Origin: Gekko japonicus
Lineage: Eukaryota
Reading direction: 5' to 3'
NCBI RefSeq assembly: GCF_001447785.1
Contig: NW_015161961.1
Span: forward strand, 1,059,833 to 1,123,832
DNA: 64,000 bases
In this document: positions 34,056-46,400 of the stretch, in pieces
Layout: every line of letters begins with the position of its first letter
Position numbering within the stretch: position 1 is the stretch's first letter
Translations under genes and position numbers: made by a program
The notes under the pieces: model-generated
Database searches by the model: none
What the model saw: only the letters and a program-made list of their open reading frames with translations
Told to the model about the DNA's origin: nothing

Positions 34056-36465
34056 GAAAAAAGCTCCAGGTCCAGATGGGTTTACGGCAGAATTCTACCA
34101 AAAATGCGAAGAGGAATTAACACCACTATATAAAGACCTGGTACAAAATATTGTGAAAACAGCAAAAACTCCACAAACATGGAATGAGGCACTAATAACT
34201 CTGATTCATAAACAGAATACAGAAGGATCTGAAATTAAAAACTACAGGCCAATCTCACTTCTGAATGTAGATTATAAAATCTACGCAACAATACTAGCTG
34301 ACAGAGTTAAGAAGGTAATGTCCCAGATAATCCATCAAGATCAATCAGGCTTTCTCCCAAAAAGACAAATTAAGCAAAATATAAGAACCATAATCGACAT
34401 TATAGAATACTATGAATACCAGCCAGGCAAAAAACTGGCACTGATGTTTCTTGATGCGGAGAAAGCCTTCGATAACGTCAACTGGGAGTTTATGAAACAA
34501 AAACTAGCTTTGTGGGACTGTGGGAACAACTTTAAGAACATGGTAGAAGCTGTATATAAAGAACAATGGGCAAAAGTAATAATCAATGGAGAATTTACTA
34601 GAAAGATCCCTATAGAAAAAGGAACGAGACAAGGATGCCCATTATCCCCACTGTTATTTATCTTCGGACTAGAGACATTAACAGAAATAGTAAGAAAGAC
34701 AGAGGAAGTTAAAGGTCTAAAGATTAAAGGAGAACAATTCAAATTGCAAGCGTTCGCGGACGATCTGGTCTTCATTTTGGAAGATCCAAACCCATCGATA
34801 AAAAACCTACTTAAAATAATACGGGACTATGGTGCGGTAGCGGGCCTCAAAATAAATATAAATAAGACAAAAATCTTAACAAAGAATTGCAACATGGAAG
34901 AAATAAAAGAACTACAGGAAAGCACAAGTGTAGAAATTGTCAAGAAAATTAAATATCTAGGTATAAGCATCTCAAATAACAACAACAACTTATACGAAAA
35001 CAATTATAAGGTAATGCTAGAAGAGACTCAAAAGGATCTATTAAGATGGCAAGACCTACAAATATCGTTCATGGGTAGAATATCAACAATAAAAATGAAC
35101 GTCTTGCCAAAAATATTATACTTAGCTCAATGTATTCCGATCCTAAAAAACAATAAATTTTTCGAAGAGTTAAACAAGATGACAAGAAAGTTTATATGGC
35201 AGGGGAAAAAAGCTAGAATTAAATTAAAAATTCTGAAAGACAAAAAAACCAAAGGGGGACTCAGTCTCCCGGACTGGAATATGTACTATCAAGCTGCGGC
35301 ATTGGGCTGGATCCGGGACTGGGTCCTACTGGAAGACAAAAGATTACTTAAGCTAGAAGGACATGATCTGCACATGGGCTGGCACGCCTATGTGTGGTAC
35401 GAGAAAGACAAAGTGCATAAAAATTTCTCGAATCATATAATAAGAGGTCCACTAATGAAGATATGGAATAAAATAAAAGAACAACATTATAAGAAAACAC
35501 CAAAATGGGTGGCACCCCTGGAGGCCTTCGTAATCCCAACTTTAACGAATGAGCATAACACAAGAACCTACCAAACTTTCTTGGACGAAGATAACCGATT
35601 GAAATCTTGGCAAGAACTACAAGCATTGAGTATAAAGCTAACAATATGGGAAAGGAACCAACTAAGCTCAAGATTCACAAAAGATAAAAAAAAAGACTTT
35701 TATAATACAGAAACGCAACTAGATAAGATATGGTTGAAAGGGAAAGATAAATTGATCCAAAAAATCTATAACTTCCTATTAGATGAAGAATTAAAAGAGG
35801 AGTTGAAAAAACCGACAGCGATTAGTTGGGAAAAAGATCTTGGTCGAAACATAGAGGGAGCGGAATGGATAAAAACCTGGAAATCAATTAAGCTATTGAG
35901 AGCAACCTCCTATAAAGAAAACATAATAAAAATGATACACAGGTGGCACTGGACCCCAGATAGATTGCAAAAATGGTATACAAATGTTTCGGGATCCTGT
36001 TGGAGATGCAAACACAATGTTGGAACGTATTTCCACATATGGTGGAAATGCGAAAAAATACAAAAATTCTGGAAAACTGTTAAACAGATGTTAAAAGAAA
36101 TCATTGGGAAAGATTTAGCGCTGATACCAGAGCTCTTTCTATTGAATGTTACACCTGACGGGCTAAAATTTAATGAGAAATGTATTGTGGTATATATTAT
36201 TACAATGTCCAGAATTTCTATTGCTAAAAATTGGAAATCTGATAAACTACCGAGTAAGGATGATCTGACCAACATCCTCTATGAAGTAATCGAGATGGAC
36301 AAGCTCAATATGTTTTTAGCGGGCAAAACAGAAGAACACTTTAACTTGAAATGGCAAAAAGCCATAAAATGGTACGAAGAAAGAGGTTGACTTAACCCCC
36401 AAATGTATGAAATTGTAACTTGATTATATGTAAAGTTGGAAAACTTAAAATAAATTTATTTTAAA
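34056..36465 (+). mobile_element. 5'-truncated L1-clade LINE, young
   Basis: 13-bp TSD AAAAACAAAAAAA (34043-34055, 36466-36478) at a TT/AAAA site; short 3'UTR with AATAAA. Confidence 0.9.
34057..36390 (+). CDS. L1 ORF2p fragment: Z motif, RT and C-terminal Cys-rich domain; endonuclease domain missing
   Basis: Uninterrupted frame KAPGPDGF..NYRPISLLNVDYKI..LDAEKAFD..GTRQGCPLSPLLF..AFADDL..YLGI..CWRC..HIWWKC; no native start codon. Confidence 0.9.
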   Translation, partial: KKAPGPDGFTAEFYQKCEEELTPLYKDLVQNIVKTAKTPQTWNEALITLIHKQNTEGSEIKNYRPISLLNVDYKIYATILADRVKKVMSQIIHQDQSGFLPKRQIKQNIRTIIDIIEYYEYQPGKKLALMFLDAEKAFDNVNWEFMKQKLALWDCGNNFKNMVEAVYKEQWAKVIINGEFTRKIPIEKGTRQGCPLSPLLFIFGLETLTEIVRKTEEVKGLKIKGEQFKLQAFADDLVFILEDPNPSIKNLLKIIRDYGAVAGLKININKTKILTKNCNMEEIKELQESTSVEIVKKIKYLGISISNNNNNLYENNYKVMLEETQKDLLRWQDLQISFMGRISTIKMNVLPKILYLAQCIPILKNNKFFEELNKMTRKFIWQGKKARIKLKILKDKKTKGGLSLPDWNMYYQAAALGWIRDWVLLEDKRLLKLEGHDLHMGWHAYVWYEKDKVHKNFSNHIIRGPLMKIWNKIKEQHYKKTPKWVAPLEAFVIPTLTNEHNTRTYQTFLDEDNRLKSWQELQALSIKLTIWERNQLSSRFTKDKKKDFYNTETQLDKIWLKGKDKLIQKIYNFLLDEELKEELKKPTAISWEKDLGRNIEGAEWIKTWKSIKLLRATSYKENIIKMIHRWHWTPDRLQKWYTNVSGSCWRCKHNVGTYFHIWWKCEKIQKFWKTVKQMLKEIIGKDLALIPELFLLNVTPDGLKFNEKCIVVYIITMSRISIAKNWKSDKLPSKDDLTNILYEVIEMDKLNMFLAGKTEEHFNLKWQKAIKWYEERG

Positions 36466-36744
36466 AAAAACAAAAAAACCAGATAATTACATTAAATTGT
36501 GGCAATGTAGTAATAGACCAGATTGTTATAAAAAATTGGGCCGGGTTTGAGCTTGCAGCCGCAATCGCAGCCACATAATATTCTCTTTTTGTGGATTTGA
36601 CTGCCATCTCATAGGATCTCATAAATGTCCTATGGGATGTTCTTGAAGCTTTGTCATGAGTATGCTGCCACTGTCTCTCTAACCGCCTTAGCTCTCGCTT
36701 CATCAGCCACAATTCCTGGGTAAGCCATGAGCCAGCCTAGATAA

Positions 36745-38320
36745 CCATCTAAGATATACTCTTGAACCTTACGTGAGAGGTGTATGCCAGGGACTTCTTG
36801 CCATTATTGTGCTTTGGAGGTGCTTGCACCCTGTAGGGCTGCTCAGCTCCCCAGACCATGCTTGGCCCAGGTTGCACAACCCCCATACTCCTAAGAGCCC
36901 GAGTCAGCAAGCATGGAACATAGGCCTCGGAATCCAATAATTACCCAATGCATGGGCCGAATCCTCCTCAGAGGATGACTCACCTGAGGAATGGTCACTG
37001 CTGAACATGTATATCCCAAGGACTTGTGCCATTTTGTGTGGCTCTTCCTCATGGGGGGAGGTTTTTGAAGGGTGCTTTCCCTAGAGCAGCTTGATTCATT
37101 GCTGTCTGCTGGTGAGTGCCACTGCCTATTGCTGTGAGGGTGTGGAGCTGCAGGTGCTTCAGCGGCTACCATGCAGGCACATAGCTGATCAAATTGCTCC
37201 AAGAGCTGTGGAATGGCTTCTGCAATCCCTTGCAAAACAGCAGTATGATCACGGGCCTGTGTGGCCAATGATGCTGCCGTAGTGGGCTGTTCCTGTACAG
37301 GCACTCTCCATGCATTGCCAGGGGGTGCACCTTGTTCAGCCCTGCCATGACGGGACCTACCTCGCATTCCATGAGGGGACTGTAGACTTAGCAGGGACAG
37401 ACTTGCTAGTGGTTGATGCCCTAGTAGAGGGTTGGGGCCAAGAAGCAGTTGCCTGCTTGTTCATAGCTATAATGTGTTTTGTTGGCATAGCCTGTATAAT
37501 AGTGTGCCAGATGTTTAAAAGATGCCACAGGCCAACCTGGTAGCTCAGGTGTGGCCATTAAATTATCAGGTCTGTTAAAACTTCACTACTTTTTTTTTTG
37601 GGGGGGGGGGGTTGTATGGGCTTAAGTATATGTTTTAAAAACCAGAATCGACTATACCACAATAAAAATGATATAATTATGCAGCTATTTATTTGGATTG
37701 GATTTATTTGCTTAATTAAAGACTTATTAATTTATCTACAAGCCTAACAATGAACAGAACCTATTAAACTACAAACCAATTAACATAACTTATAAAGCCT
37801 TAACCCTCTGTGGCTGTGACTAATCAAACATGAGCATACATGATGCAAAACCGGCTGACAAACATCCCATCCTTAATATAAGCCTATCTATCCCAGGCAC
37901 TAACACTCATATAATTGGTAAAAAAGAATACAAACTGTGTCCCAGTGGCTCTTTAATTAAGCCATTATTGAGAACTACTGTATCTATATGAAAAGACATG
38001 AAACCGCATTTAACAAGCCATCATGGATCCCACTTCCCACCTGGACCTGGATGGCCAAGCCCCAAGCATGAGTCCCCATCAGGCAATATCCCCAATTCCT
38101 GCAGCCTTGCCCAGCCTTTAAACCAAAGGGGTGGGTGGGGGTGATCTGAACAAAAGCAAAGGCAGGTGTGACCTTGTAATGCTGTGCATGGCCTCATAGT
38201 GATGCTACAGATGGCAGAGGGAGGGAGCTAGGGCACCACAGACACAAACCAACCTGAATGAGAAGCATCCCAGCAAGTAACCCTGAATTGGAATTGGTGT
38301 AGAAGGAGTTGGACCCCCAA
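36745..38320 (-). mobile_element. Possible DIRS/Ngaro-like retroelement remnant (gag-like region plus terminal sequence)
   Basis: Low-complexity gag-like peptides (EAYVPCLLTRA..PYRVQAPP); resemblance judged from memory only. Confidence 0.25.
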
Positions 38321-38332
38321 AAAGTGGTTTAA

Positions 38333-38537
38333 CAGGCCCATAGCTACAGTGGGGCATCTTGGGGCCTGCCCCCCCACTTACTACCAAGCCCTCCCAATTT
38401 CCCATCCAGCTCAGGCCCCCCAACTTCCAATTTTTATGTTATTTTTGGTGCTCCCTTGGGGGGGGTGTCTGTGCAGGGTGTCCCCTGACTTATTCAAAGG
38501 CCTCCAAATTTAAAAAAAAATCCTGGCTACAGGCCTG
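38333..38537. mobile_element. hAT-type MITE
   Basis: TIRs CAGGCCCATAGC / GCTACAGGCCTG; 8-bp TSD TGGTTTAA/TAGTTTAA. Confidence 0.75.
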
Positions 38538-41170
38538 TAGTTTAACCAACTGTTGCCTAAAACCCCAGTTAGCACCAGAGAACCCCAGCTGATGCTGGGG
38601 CCCAAACTCCTGAAGGTCCTCACAGGCGGAGAAGCCTCACTGCTACCAAGACAAGCTGCATCACAGTTAAGTGCACCACCAACCAGCTGTTTGATGGTAA
38701 GCAGGTGGCCCATGCTATAGCAAAACCTTGAGCCAGCTGGAAATGCTGTCAGTGGGGCCGCTGTAATCAGGCTATGCAGCAAGGCTACTGCTTGTTCTCA
38801 GGAAGAGGTTGCAGTAGACTCCACTGATCTGCAAAGGTCAAACATGTAATCTCAAAGGTGGAAAAAGTCCCAAAACCAACTGTGCCCCAAAGCTGCAAGA
38901 ACGCACTGAGGGTGAGAGCCCCACAGCAGTTGCTTAAATAGAGAGGGAGCCAGGAAGGAGGAGCTGTCAGGACCACCTGCCACTCCTCCCCCACTGACAC
39001 AAATCTGATGAGGTGGGTCATTCTCTGCCACCTGCTGGAGCAGCTCTTCCTCTAATGACCATGTGGCCAAAAGATAACATGGTCATTTCCTCCTTGCCCT
39101 CCAGCCACAAGGACACAAAGCTGTGGATGAGTCCTTGCTGCGTCTTCATTGCTGGAGTTGGTTTGTGTCAGATTTGGGTATTTTTGTGTGTGGATTCTTG
39201 TGCTTTACATTGAGATTCTTGCATTTTACACAGTTTCAGATTCTCAGGTTTTACACTGGTTGGGTTTAGCTATCACTTTCAGTGGGAAAGATTCTTGAGT
39301 TTTGTTTTTCACATTGTTCCCCACCATAGGAAACAATGGAGAATGTCTGGGGACACCTTGAATTGGACACTTTGGTCCAATTGACTTGGAATTGACTTGA
39401 GATCTGGGGGTTATTTAAAAGACAGGCACCAACAGCTCCCCTGCAATTTTGGTGCCAGTACTTTAAAAACACCCCACAAAACCCATACATATTCTCTGTA
39501 GCAAATAATGGAGCTGAAAAATATCAGAAGTGCTGGGGGGGGGGGGAACGAAATTGAAAAAAAATTTTAATTAGGGGGGGGGAACTGAATCTGAATACAA
39601 TATTGATATTTGGAACCTGGAAAATATATTTGCCAGTCCCTCTTGTCTTTTTTAAATTAATGAACATTAATGAAAAGTGGTTGTGGGTGTGAATTATATA
39701 TAGATAATAGTATTTCCAACTCTCAGAGTGTGAAGCCTTATCCAGGATTTTTCTTGTTACTGAATGGTGGTAGTGGTGGGCTACATACAGTTGATGAGTT
39801 GATGTTGTTAAAAGCTAAACACTCTAATATTTGTGAACGCAACAAGAAATGACTTTTGCTCCCTGGCCCTGGCTGCCATTAATGGTAACTTTCAGGGGGA
39901 TCAGATGAGCCAATAGGTTGCTTCAGGAAAAACTGGGCTCTGTCCAGGGGAAAATGCACTTAATTCTTGGTATATTGCCTTTTCTAAAGACTGTTTGTTG
40001 CAGCAGTGTGTTGTCCCCTCCCCCCCCCACACACACTTGTTGGACTGAAATGAGTGGAGCTTACTTCTGACAACTGCAGCTTAATGTTAACAGTCGTTAG
40101 AGCTGGTGAGCCTGTCTGCCTAAATGCTGGTTAATTATGACAAAGGAAGGGAGTTGGGCGAGCAGGGGGATGAATGAGCATCCCAGCAACCCAGATTGAG
40201 GGAAATGAGAGTTGGGTTTGGTAATCCAGGCATGACTTGTTAAAAAAAAAAGTTCTGTCTGGTTTGGCCATAAGGACCCCCCAGTGTACTGAGTGTTTTT
40301 TTTCTTTTACACCCACTCCACTTGATGGATTAAAGTCAGTGGGGGGTTACTTCTGAGTAAGCATATTCAGAATTGTGATATTAAGAATACTGCACTTAGC
40401 GGAACACAGCAGAAAAACTGAGGAAAGAAAATCTCTGTGGTCAAATAATGCACTAAGAATTGAATCATTTTTTGGATGATCAACAATACTGAATGGGATT
40501 TACTGCCAGGGAGAAGTGAGCTGATCTATTATTATGCTGTTATTAAACAGTTATTATTCATTTATTTATGTACAGCATGTACAGAGTGCCTTTACATGAC
40601 CAGAACTGATAATCTTTGATGATAGTACCCACGAGCTACAGTGCAAGCCAGGATATCAACCAGGGAAAATGGAAAGGTGTTGAAACAAGGATTTGTTGAA
40701 ACGAACCAGGATTGCATTATCATTTCTGTGAAGAATCTTGGTTTCACAAATTAACCATACCTAAATAATATAAACCATGGTTCTGTGTTATGTCTGAATA
40801 TATATACATCAACCCTCATCCATGAAAACATGCTGAATATCAACAAGACTGACACACAAAAGCATTGGGGGAAGGTGCTTTTAGTATTTATAGTGCAATC
40901 CTATATAGAGTTAAACTAGAGTGGTCTGTAGAAATGCCAAACTCCAGGCACATCCTGAAAACCTTCCAGAATTACAACTGGTCTCCGGATCTCAGAGGTC
41001 ATCTCCCCAGGAGAAAATGGCTGCTTTGAAGGGCCAACCCTATGGAATTATACCTTGCTTTGGTCCTCCTCTTACCCAAACCAGGTTGACCCCGGTCTCT
41101 AACCCCAATTATCCTGGAATTTTTCAATCCAGATCAGGCAATCCTAATGGGCTTAGACTGGTATAAGAGA

Positions 41171-41601
41171 GGCCCCGGTCACATGGGAGGCTTTGATCCA
41201 CAAGAAGGACGGATCGGGGGCGCATCAAGCGGGTGTGATCACACCATAACATCTGGGAAGCAACGCGCACCCGTCCCCAATCTGTCTCTTCTGGCCGAAT
41301 ATGCGGATCATAAAACCCCCTAGAAAACACTAGTAACTTATCAGAAAATCCGCTGCAGGGACGACAGTCTGATCGTCGGTGCGCCCGTCTCTCCCACAGC
41401 ATGCGAGGTCCTGCCGAACTGCGCATGCACACGCATGCGCAGCGGGCTTGCCTCGTTCTCTGGTCCGTGGCTTCCTCCCGGCATCTGATCGTGCTGGGGA
41501 GGACCTGTGCGGCAGCTGGGCGGATCTGTCTGATCCCGCCGCCGTGCTTCTCTTTTGATGCACACTTTAGCCATGCTTTCCCCCCCAGTGTGACCAGGGC
41601 C
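41171..41601. mobile_element. PIF/Harbinger-like non-autonomous element, copy 2
   Basis: Collinear with 13695-14130, same TIRs; TSD not retained. Confidence 0.7.
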
Positions 41602-42913
41602 AATGTATCCTACCACTCCATTGAGCAAAATTTGAAGTCTTCTTCCAATGAAAGGACCCGTTAAGTTGGAAGGTGTCTTTTTAGGGTGAAGGAAATTCCT
41701 TCAGCCTAAGGCAGGATACATGCCATTGTTAAAACACTGCAGCCTCTTTTTAAAATATATATTTAAAGAAACACAAGTAAGCCTGAAGAGCTCTTAATAA
41801 CCTTTCTTTTCATATCTCCCCCCCCCCCCCAATATGGAAACCTATTTGCAGTTCTTCAGTATAAAATTCTAATCAGGCTTGGATGGATTCCCTGTGTATC
41901 ACTTCTTATCTTCTAGGGCTGGTATTGAGAATGCCTGGCTCAAATTAAGCCCTGGATAATACCCAAATGCCAGCTCTTGCCTTCAGCCAAGTCTACATGC
42001 CGTGCAAATTAGAATCCCCACAGCTGCTCCTTCTCTTTGGGAACCTGACTTGGGTAAGGGGAGGGTTTCTGTTCTCAGCGGCTTCCCTCTGAGGAAGGGT
42101 AACATCTTCCCAGTGAGACATTGTCTGCTGAATCACAAATCCTTAATGAGAACTGGACTTGTTTTGCTACCAGGTGAGCAAGTTCTATCATGTCCTGGGC
42201 TGCAGCGGTGCTTGACTTGGATGCTCAGCAGTGATGCTCGGTGGAGAGGAAGGGAAAAGCCAGCAGGAAGGCCGCTTCCTCTGCCAGTGGCGTGTCAACT
42301 CTTGTCTGAGTCCAGGGGCTCCTCATCATACAGCCACAAGCCTCTTCCAGCATCCAGCATGGCTAACTGCGGGCTGTTGCAATGACTTCTTTTTAGCTCT
42401 TCCCCACTTCACCAAATGCCTCTCCTGAGTAGCTTTAAAAGGGAGGGAACGTTGAGAAAGAAAACCCCATTTTATTCCTGTGATTTGTGCTCCTGCTGTT
42501 GTTGTGACTGCAATTTTCTATTGAGAGAGTTGGGGAAAGCATTTTCGAGACTGAGAGTCCCCCCCCTTCTGACCTTTCAAGACAGATTTCAGATATGTCA
42601 TATGTCTCACAAATATACAGTATTATTCTACACAGAATAGACAGCTAACCTCCCTACAGGTTCCCATCCCCTCCTTTCTTCCCTGCCTGCCTGCCTGCAA
42701 ATCTGATAGAAGAACAAATGAATCCTCGTGCCTTGGCTCTCTTTTCCTCCCATCCCCTCCACTGCTCTTCAGTTAAACAATCCTCCCCAACTGGGAGATT
42801 GAACCAAAATTCCCAGCTAAACTTGACGGGGGCAAGTCGGTTCCCATTTTATAATAAATCCAAGCCCTGGAGCTGCTCTTCATTTTGACACCCACCTGAC
42901 TGACAGGTTGCTG

Positions 42914-42976
42914 NNNNNNNNNNNNNNNNNNNNNNNNNNNNNNNNNNNNNNNNNNNNNNNNNNNNNNNNNNNNNNN
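42914..42976. other. Assembly gap
   Basis: Run of N. Confidence 1.
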
Positions 42977-43151
42977 TAGGCATCCAGCAGTCTCAAAATC
43001 AAATGCAGTGATAACATGGATTCTGCCTAAGAACGCGTGCAGACCAGGAACAAACAGGACAAAATATTTGCCCCCTAGAGAAGAAGCAGGATTTCTTTGT
43101 ACCAGGGATAGACCTGTAACAGGACTGAAAATCAGGGCTGTTCCAGTGGAG

Positions 43152-43454
43152 CAGGAGGAGGAGAAGAAGAAGGGGAGGAGGAGGAGGAGGATGGGACTGG
43201 AGTTATACCCCGCCCTTCACTCGGAGTCTCAAGAGTGGCTTACAAACTCCTTCCCCTTCCCCTCCCCACAACAGACACCCTGTGAGGTAGGCGGGGCTGA
43301 GAGAACTCTTTTGAGAACTGCTCATGAGAGAACAGCTCTGAAAGAGCTTGTGACTGACCCAAGGTCACACCAGCAGCTGCATCTGAAGGCGTTTGGAATC
43401 AAACCTGGTTCTCCCAGATTAGAGTCTGTGCACTTAACCACTACACCAAACTGA
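43152..43454 (-). mobile_element. Squam3-like SINE
   Basis: Close reverse-complement match to 11423-11697. Confidence 0.85.
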
Positions 43455-46400
43455 CCATTGACGCACATGCAGATTGTGGGCTTCAGTGCAGATGTATGTA
43501 GGCCTTGCAACAACTGTCTGTGCACACTCCTAGGCCTCCAATGCAGCATGTAACAAATGAGGCCATTGGTTGTGCAGTATGCACCATGCCTCAGAGTGTG
43601 CTGGAGCATTTCTAGACATGCCAGATAGCAACATCAAGTCTATCTACCAACAGGATAGAGCAGAACTGCCTGGTACCATGTTATTTATTTTAGAGTATAT
43701 TCAAAGTGTGGTGGAATTACTAATAAATATTAAAACAAGAGAAGCCTTTGCTTCACTACTGTTCGTATCCGATCCCTGCTTGCAGGTCTTCAGTAAAACA
43801 ATCCTTCTCAGTGGTACTCTGCATCCATTAAATATTAGCCTATAGAGCAGTGATCTCCGTGGTGCCTGTCAGCCCCAGGGCCCCCGCCAATGTCTTTTCT
43901 CCAAAGCAAAGGGCCAACCCTAGCTTTCCTTCCCCTCATAGGAACAGGGGCTGCTTCAAAAGGGTCCTGGAGGCATAGCCTTTGGGTCTGCAGGGAGCAC
44001 CCATTTGGATACAGCTGCTGCCATCATAGTGAGACAGGTGGCTTGGAACCTCCCAACATTTTGTGATTGGCTCCAGCTCCTATGGCAGCCATTTTGTGGT
44101 TGGCTTCACCCACTCCCCAAAACAGCCATTTTGTGATGATTCCTATGAACCTACATATTCCAAAAGTGCCCACAGATTCAACAATGTTGGGGACTCCTGG
44201 TACTGACTGTACTCTTGTGGGCAGTATTTGTTCTTCTGAATATAGCCAGGGAACAGTGTCATGCTTTTGTGGTGCTGCCATAATAATCTCTTTACTTCAC
44301 TTTATTTCAAATTGGAACTGGCAGGCTCTGAGTGAGGGGAGGTTTGAACACTGGAAACATGCCTGACTGTGCAAATCTCCTTTGTGCACTCTTGGAGTTT
44401 CCCAGGTCCCTTCACTCAGTCTCTCCGCTTTCTCTGTCCTCTCTAGCTGATCAAGCATGTCCTAGAAACCTTTTAGCTCCTCTCTCACATTGACCTTGGC
44501 AGAGCATCAAACAAAGTCTCCAGGACTAGCAGATTCACCACTGATTCCAGATCTTGAGATCTGACTAACCACCTTCTCACCAATCTCTATGCTCAGATGG
44601 CAAAATGGCTCAATTCTTCATTTACGTCTCTTCTCATCCTCTACACAGTCTGCCGGCACATTGCTAGCAACAGCTCAAAGGATGTAGAAGTCCTGGTTCA
44701 GAACTGGTCAAAACGGCTCGTTTCTGCTCTTTTGGACCCCCTTGGTGCATATTATAGCTCTCCTCCCTGGGAAAGCAAGTGTCTGTCAGGGTCCCAGAAA
44801 CCTCCTGGTGAGCTTCAAAGCACCTTACATCTCAGCGATTATGACAGAGAGAAGCTCAGCAGGGAGGTGATGCCGTACGGTCTGCCCACCCCCCAAGCTT
44901 CCATTTCAACCAGGGAAACTTATCTCTGCATCAGTCTAGAGATCAGTTATCATTCTGGAAGAACTCCAGGTTTCACCTTTAGGTTGTCAACCCTAGAGCC
45001 AGATCACCCACCAACACACTGATGAAAAATGTATTTTCCATATTCTATGGGCAACGATGGAACATCTTTCAGAATTTACATTAAGCACGGGCTAATGTTC
45101 TCTTGACTTCTATCAGAACTTCAGGCTCTCCCTCCTTCGACTCTCACCCACCAGCCTTACATTTGATCTATATTACTAAACACTTTTGAATATAATCCAC
45201 ATTTCAGCATTTTGCTTTTATTCTGGTCACTTTAATCTCAGAGGCTACAAAGGAATATATTTTTTCCCATTGAACATTCCTTCACCACATTCTTGGCAAT
45301 TAAGATAAAAGGCGACCCACAAAGTTTGCAACAACAACAAAAAGTGGACTGCTTGAAGAAACCCAGAGTGCCTCGCAGCCCTCAGTACCTCGGCAAGTTA
45401 ATTTAGATCAGGAAGATAGCCTTTGCAAGAAGCCAGCTGCAAGTCAATGACAATTTGAAATTACTATGTAAATAGAGCAGAACAACCCCCCTCTTGCCCT
45501 TAAGTAGATTGTTCAGACTTAAAATATGGCAATTTGAAGATGCATGTTGCAATCGCTCTGAACATACAGTTAAGGACAGGGTCTTAATGAGAGCAGCTAT
45601 GAACCCATTCACTCTGAAGCTATGATTTCATGTCTTTATTAATTGCCCTAAGTCAAGTGAGCTGCTCTGCACCTAACCTTCCCTTTGTATTTGCTTGTTC
45701 AGTCTTTCCATGAAGACCTCCAGTGAAGGGGTTACCCTTGTTGACCAGAGGGCACTTGTCACCAACTGACTGCCACACTGAAGCTGCCTCTGCCTGGCAG
45801 CTGAGCCACACAGGGAGCTCTTTCATCTGTAGATGTCTGCCATCTGCTTTGTTTCCATGGTACCGCAATCTGTCACCAAGGAAGTCTGACAATGCCATTT
45901 GCTTCCCTGATAGGTGGCCATCATGGCCATGTAGCAACAGCTAGCCCTGCATCCCATCTGCATATGAGAGGGATGTGGCCAGCTCTGCTGATCTTTTTCC
46001 TAGGGTCTTTGGAAATTATTGTAATAATGGACAGTCCTTTAGGAACAGAGCTGAGAATTTTTTAAAAAATAAAAGCCCAGTCTGGAGTCAGTCAGTCAAA
46101 ACCAGACAATTTGTCAGTCACAGATCTAGTGACCTTTGGCCTTGGACTCAAGTTTAGCCTTTAGCCTTGGACTCAAGTTTCTCATAGTTTGAGATTTGGG
46201 GCTGTTTAGTTGAGAAGCTGCCTTTGGATTGGGTAAGTCCCTGGCCATCACTAAAAAACAGATTCTCTCTAGCATTTCATTAAAGTTTGATCTGTGACCA
46301 GTATTAAACCTGTTCAGGTGGCATATTCATGGAGAGGTCAATGTACACATAACAGAATGGGACTAAGCACATTGGCCTTGCCCTCCTCCCCAAACCAAAC

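Larger units (their letters stand above)
33968..36735 (-). mobile_element. L2 LINE remnant (3' tail 33968-34042, ORF2 piece ~36495-36735), split by the L1
   Basis: Tail like that of the L2 at ~49990; ORF 36461-36712 KRELRRLERQW..YEMAVKSTKREYY resembles the L2 ORF2 linker. Confidence 0.6.
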
